DNA from: a virus
Lineage: Duplodnaviria; Heunggongvirae; Uroviricota; Caudoviricetes
DNA: 64,000 nucleotides
Reading direction: 5' to 3' (one strand)
IMG/VR virus record: IMGVR_UViG_2778260994_000001
Below, one piece after another: positions 62,120-64,000 of the stretch (position 1 is the first letter of the stretch; every line of letters starts with the position of its first letter). The translations under genes were made by a program, and so were the position numbers. The notes beneath the pieces were generated by a model. It made no database searches. It was not told where the DNA came from and saw nothing but the letters and a program-made list of their open reading frames with translations.

Positions 62120-62197
62120 CAATCACCCCGTCCGCAGGGCGGGGTGACAAGTTACTTCTCTTACAATGAGGCTTCACAACATTGATTAGGGAAAATC

Positions 62198-62632
62198 ATG
62201 TCTGACGTCTCAACAAACCTCTATAAGAGTCAGTTGTTGGACTATTACTATCAGCGGCGCGCTGAATCGTCCATTAACAAAGGCTCTCGATTTTTAATCA
62301 GCAAGGCCGTTTTCGGTACCAGTTCACTGGTTACTAAGAAAGGAGATGGCACTTATGAGATTGGAGAACTGCCAAAGGCTTTCGATCTGGCAGAACTGAC
62401 CAGTCAATTTTGCACCATCAACCTCGTCCCAACCTACTCAGGCGGGATAATTACTGTCCGAATGGACCTTGATCAAAGCCAGTTGCAGGAAGGGAAAAAC
62501 TACCCATTCAACACTCTGGTTGTTCTGGATAACGAGAACAAGCCAATCGCCATTATTTGTGTCCAGGAAGACTCGCTGTATGTGGGCAAAACATATACCG
62601 CAGTTATGGCCATAAACACGACAACAGCATAA
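62198..62632 (+). CDS. Tail-fiber-associated protein (144 aa), immediately upstream of the tail-fiber gene
   Basis: Position and size consistent with P1 R as recalled. Confidence 0.55.
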   Translation: MSDVSTNLYKSQLLDYYYQRRAESSINKGSRFLISKAVFGTSSLVTKKGDGTYEIGELPKAFDLAELTSQFCTINLVPTYSGGIITVRMDLDQSQLQEGKNYPFNTLVVLDNENKPIAIICVQEDSLYVGKTYTAVMAINTTTA

Positions 62633-62643
62633 GGATATGCTTG

Positions 62644-64000
62644 ATGAATGACGTTACAGTTGTTACATCAGTTACTTACCCATCACCCGAGTCGTTGGCT
62701 CTGGTGGCTGATGTGCAATACCACGAACCATATCTGTCAGCCGCGCTAAACCGAAAATTCAGGGGGATTGTTGACCCGGGATTTTATGCCGGTTTCTTAC
62801 CTAAGCCTGGCGGTGGGATGAACCTGTTAATCACCTCAGTGGATGGTGATAAAACCGCAGGCGCGGCGTCGGTGGATATTGGTGAATTCTACCAGGTAAC
62901 TATTCAGCAACGTAAGGATATTTCTCTTGCACTTAGTGCAGGCAAGAAATATGCAATTGTGCTGAAGGGAAGATACCTCCTTGGAGAAGATACCTATCAG
63001 GTTAATACAGCGTCACATATTTATGCGGCCGAATTTATTGCCAGAACCTATACCGATTCATATCAGTTAGGAGATGGAGAGCTGCTTGTTTGTACGGTGA
63101 ATATTCCAGCTGGTGTATCTGCCATTACCCAAGAGATGATTGATACATCCGAGCGTATCAACCGCACTATCGGCATTGATATTTCAGACTCTGTAACCAG
63201 TACCAGAAGTGATGTTGCGGCAAGTTCGCTGGCAGTTAAAAAAGCCTACGATCTGGCGAAAAGCAAGTATACAGCGCAGGATGCAAGCACAACGCAAAAG
63301 GGATTAGTTCAGCTCAGTAGCGCAACTAACAGCGACAGCGAAACAATGGCGGCTACCCCTAAAGCTGTTAAGTCTGTAAAAGATCTGGCTGATACCAAAG
63401 CGCCAATAGAAAGCCCGAGTCTGACAGGAACGCCAACCGCGCCGACGGCGGCGCAAGGTACAAACAGCACACAGATCGCAAATACAGCCTTTGTTAAGGC
63501 AGCTATAACTGCACTTATCAACGGTGCACCTGGCACACTGGATACACTTAAAGAAATAGCTGCTGCGATCAATAACGACCCGAATTTCAGCACAACTATC
63601 AACAATGCTCTGGCCCTTAAAGCGCCTTTAGCAAGTCCTGCATTAACGGGAATACCTACTGCGCCTACCGCTGCACAGGGTACGAATAACACGCAGATTG
63701 CTACGACCGCTTATGTAAGAGCTGCCATATCCGCATTGGTTGGTTCATCACCAGAAGCTCTTGATACCCTGAATGAGCTTGCCGCAGCACTTGGCAATGA
63801 CCCGAACTTTGCGACAACAATGACAAATGCGCTGGCAGGCAAACAGCCTCTGGATGCAACTTTAACCGCTCTCGCTGCCCTTGCGACTGGTGCAAACAAA
63901 CTGCCTTATTTCACTGGTAAGGATACGGTAGCTCAGACTGATTTAACGTCAGTCGGTCGCGATATTCTGGCTAAAACAAGCACACTGGCCGTTATCCAAT
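62644..64000 (+). CDS. Tail fiber protein, N-terminal part (continues past window end)
   Basis: MNDVTVVTSVTYP...; two tandem copies of a tail-fiber repeat (TGTPTAPTAAQGTNSTQIANTAFVKAAI... / TGIPTAPTAAQGTNNTQIATTAYVRAAI...). Confidence 0.8.
   Translation, partial: MNDVTVVTSVTYPSPESLALVADVQYHEPYLSAALNRKFRGIVDPGFYAGFLPKPGGGMNLLITSVDGDKTAGAASVDIGEFYQVTIQQRKDISLALSAGKKYAIVLKGRYLLGEDTYQVNTASHIYAAEFIARTYTDSYQLGDGELLVCTVNIPAGVSAITQEMIDTSERINRTIGIDISDSVTSTRSDVAASSLAVKKAYDLAKSKYTAQDASTTQKGLVQLSSATNSDSETMAATPKAVKSVKDLADTKAPIESPSLTGTPTAPTAAQGTNSTQIANTAFVKAAITALINGAPGTLDTLKEIAAAINNDPNFSTTINNALALKAPLASPALTGIPTAPTAAQGTNNTQIATTAYVRAAISALVGSSPEALDTLNELAAALGNDPNFATTMTNALAGKQPLDATLTALAALATGANKLPYFTGKDTVAQTDLTSVGRDILAKTSTLAVIQ

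Overview
This window reads as roughly two thirds of a P1-like temperate phage-plasmid genome; every call below comes from reading the ORF translations and the DNA by eye, with no database search run. Recognisable backbone, left to right: pacB/pacA terminase with a GATC-rich pac site inside pacA, phd-doc toxin-antitoxin, humD behind a LexA box, hot (theta-subunit homolog), a long minus-strand block of small accessory genes, Ppp-type Ser/Thr phosphatase, a baseplate/spike operon, ban (DnaB-like helicase), four tRNA genes, the fused Dmt methyltransferase, hrdC (RdgC homolog), the plasmid replicon (oriR, incC iterons, repA, incA iterons, parA, parB, parS), capsid/sheath/tube-like genes, the lytic replicon (kilA-repL), the immI-type region (c4-like RNA, icd, ant), the Sit tape-measure/transglycosylase and the start of the S tail fiber. 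A 17-bp motif matching the P1 C1 repressor operator consensus as I recall it (ATTGCTCTAATAAATTT) recurs at about ten intergenic sites. The strongest candidate for an undescribed system is a markedly AT-rich three-gene cassette at 51797-53755, on the opposite strand to its neighbours: a 4-TM membrane protein, a signal-peptide protein, and a repeat/TM/SH3b-like protein. Other leads are an atypical tRNA-Ser-like gene, a tRNA-like hairpin with 16-bp direct repeats around the tRNA-Thr/Asn pair, a five-gene uncharacterised cluster (7290-9362), and two glycosyltransferase-like genes. Functions of most small ORFs remain unassigned.
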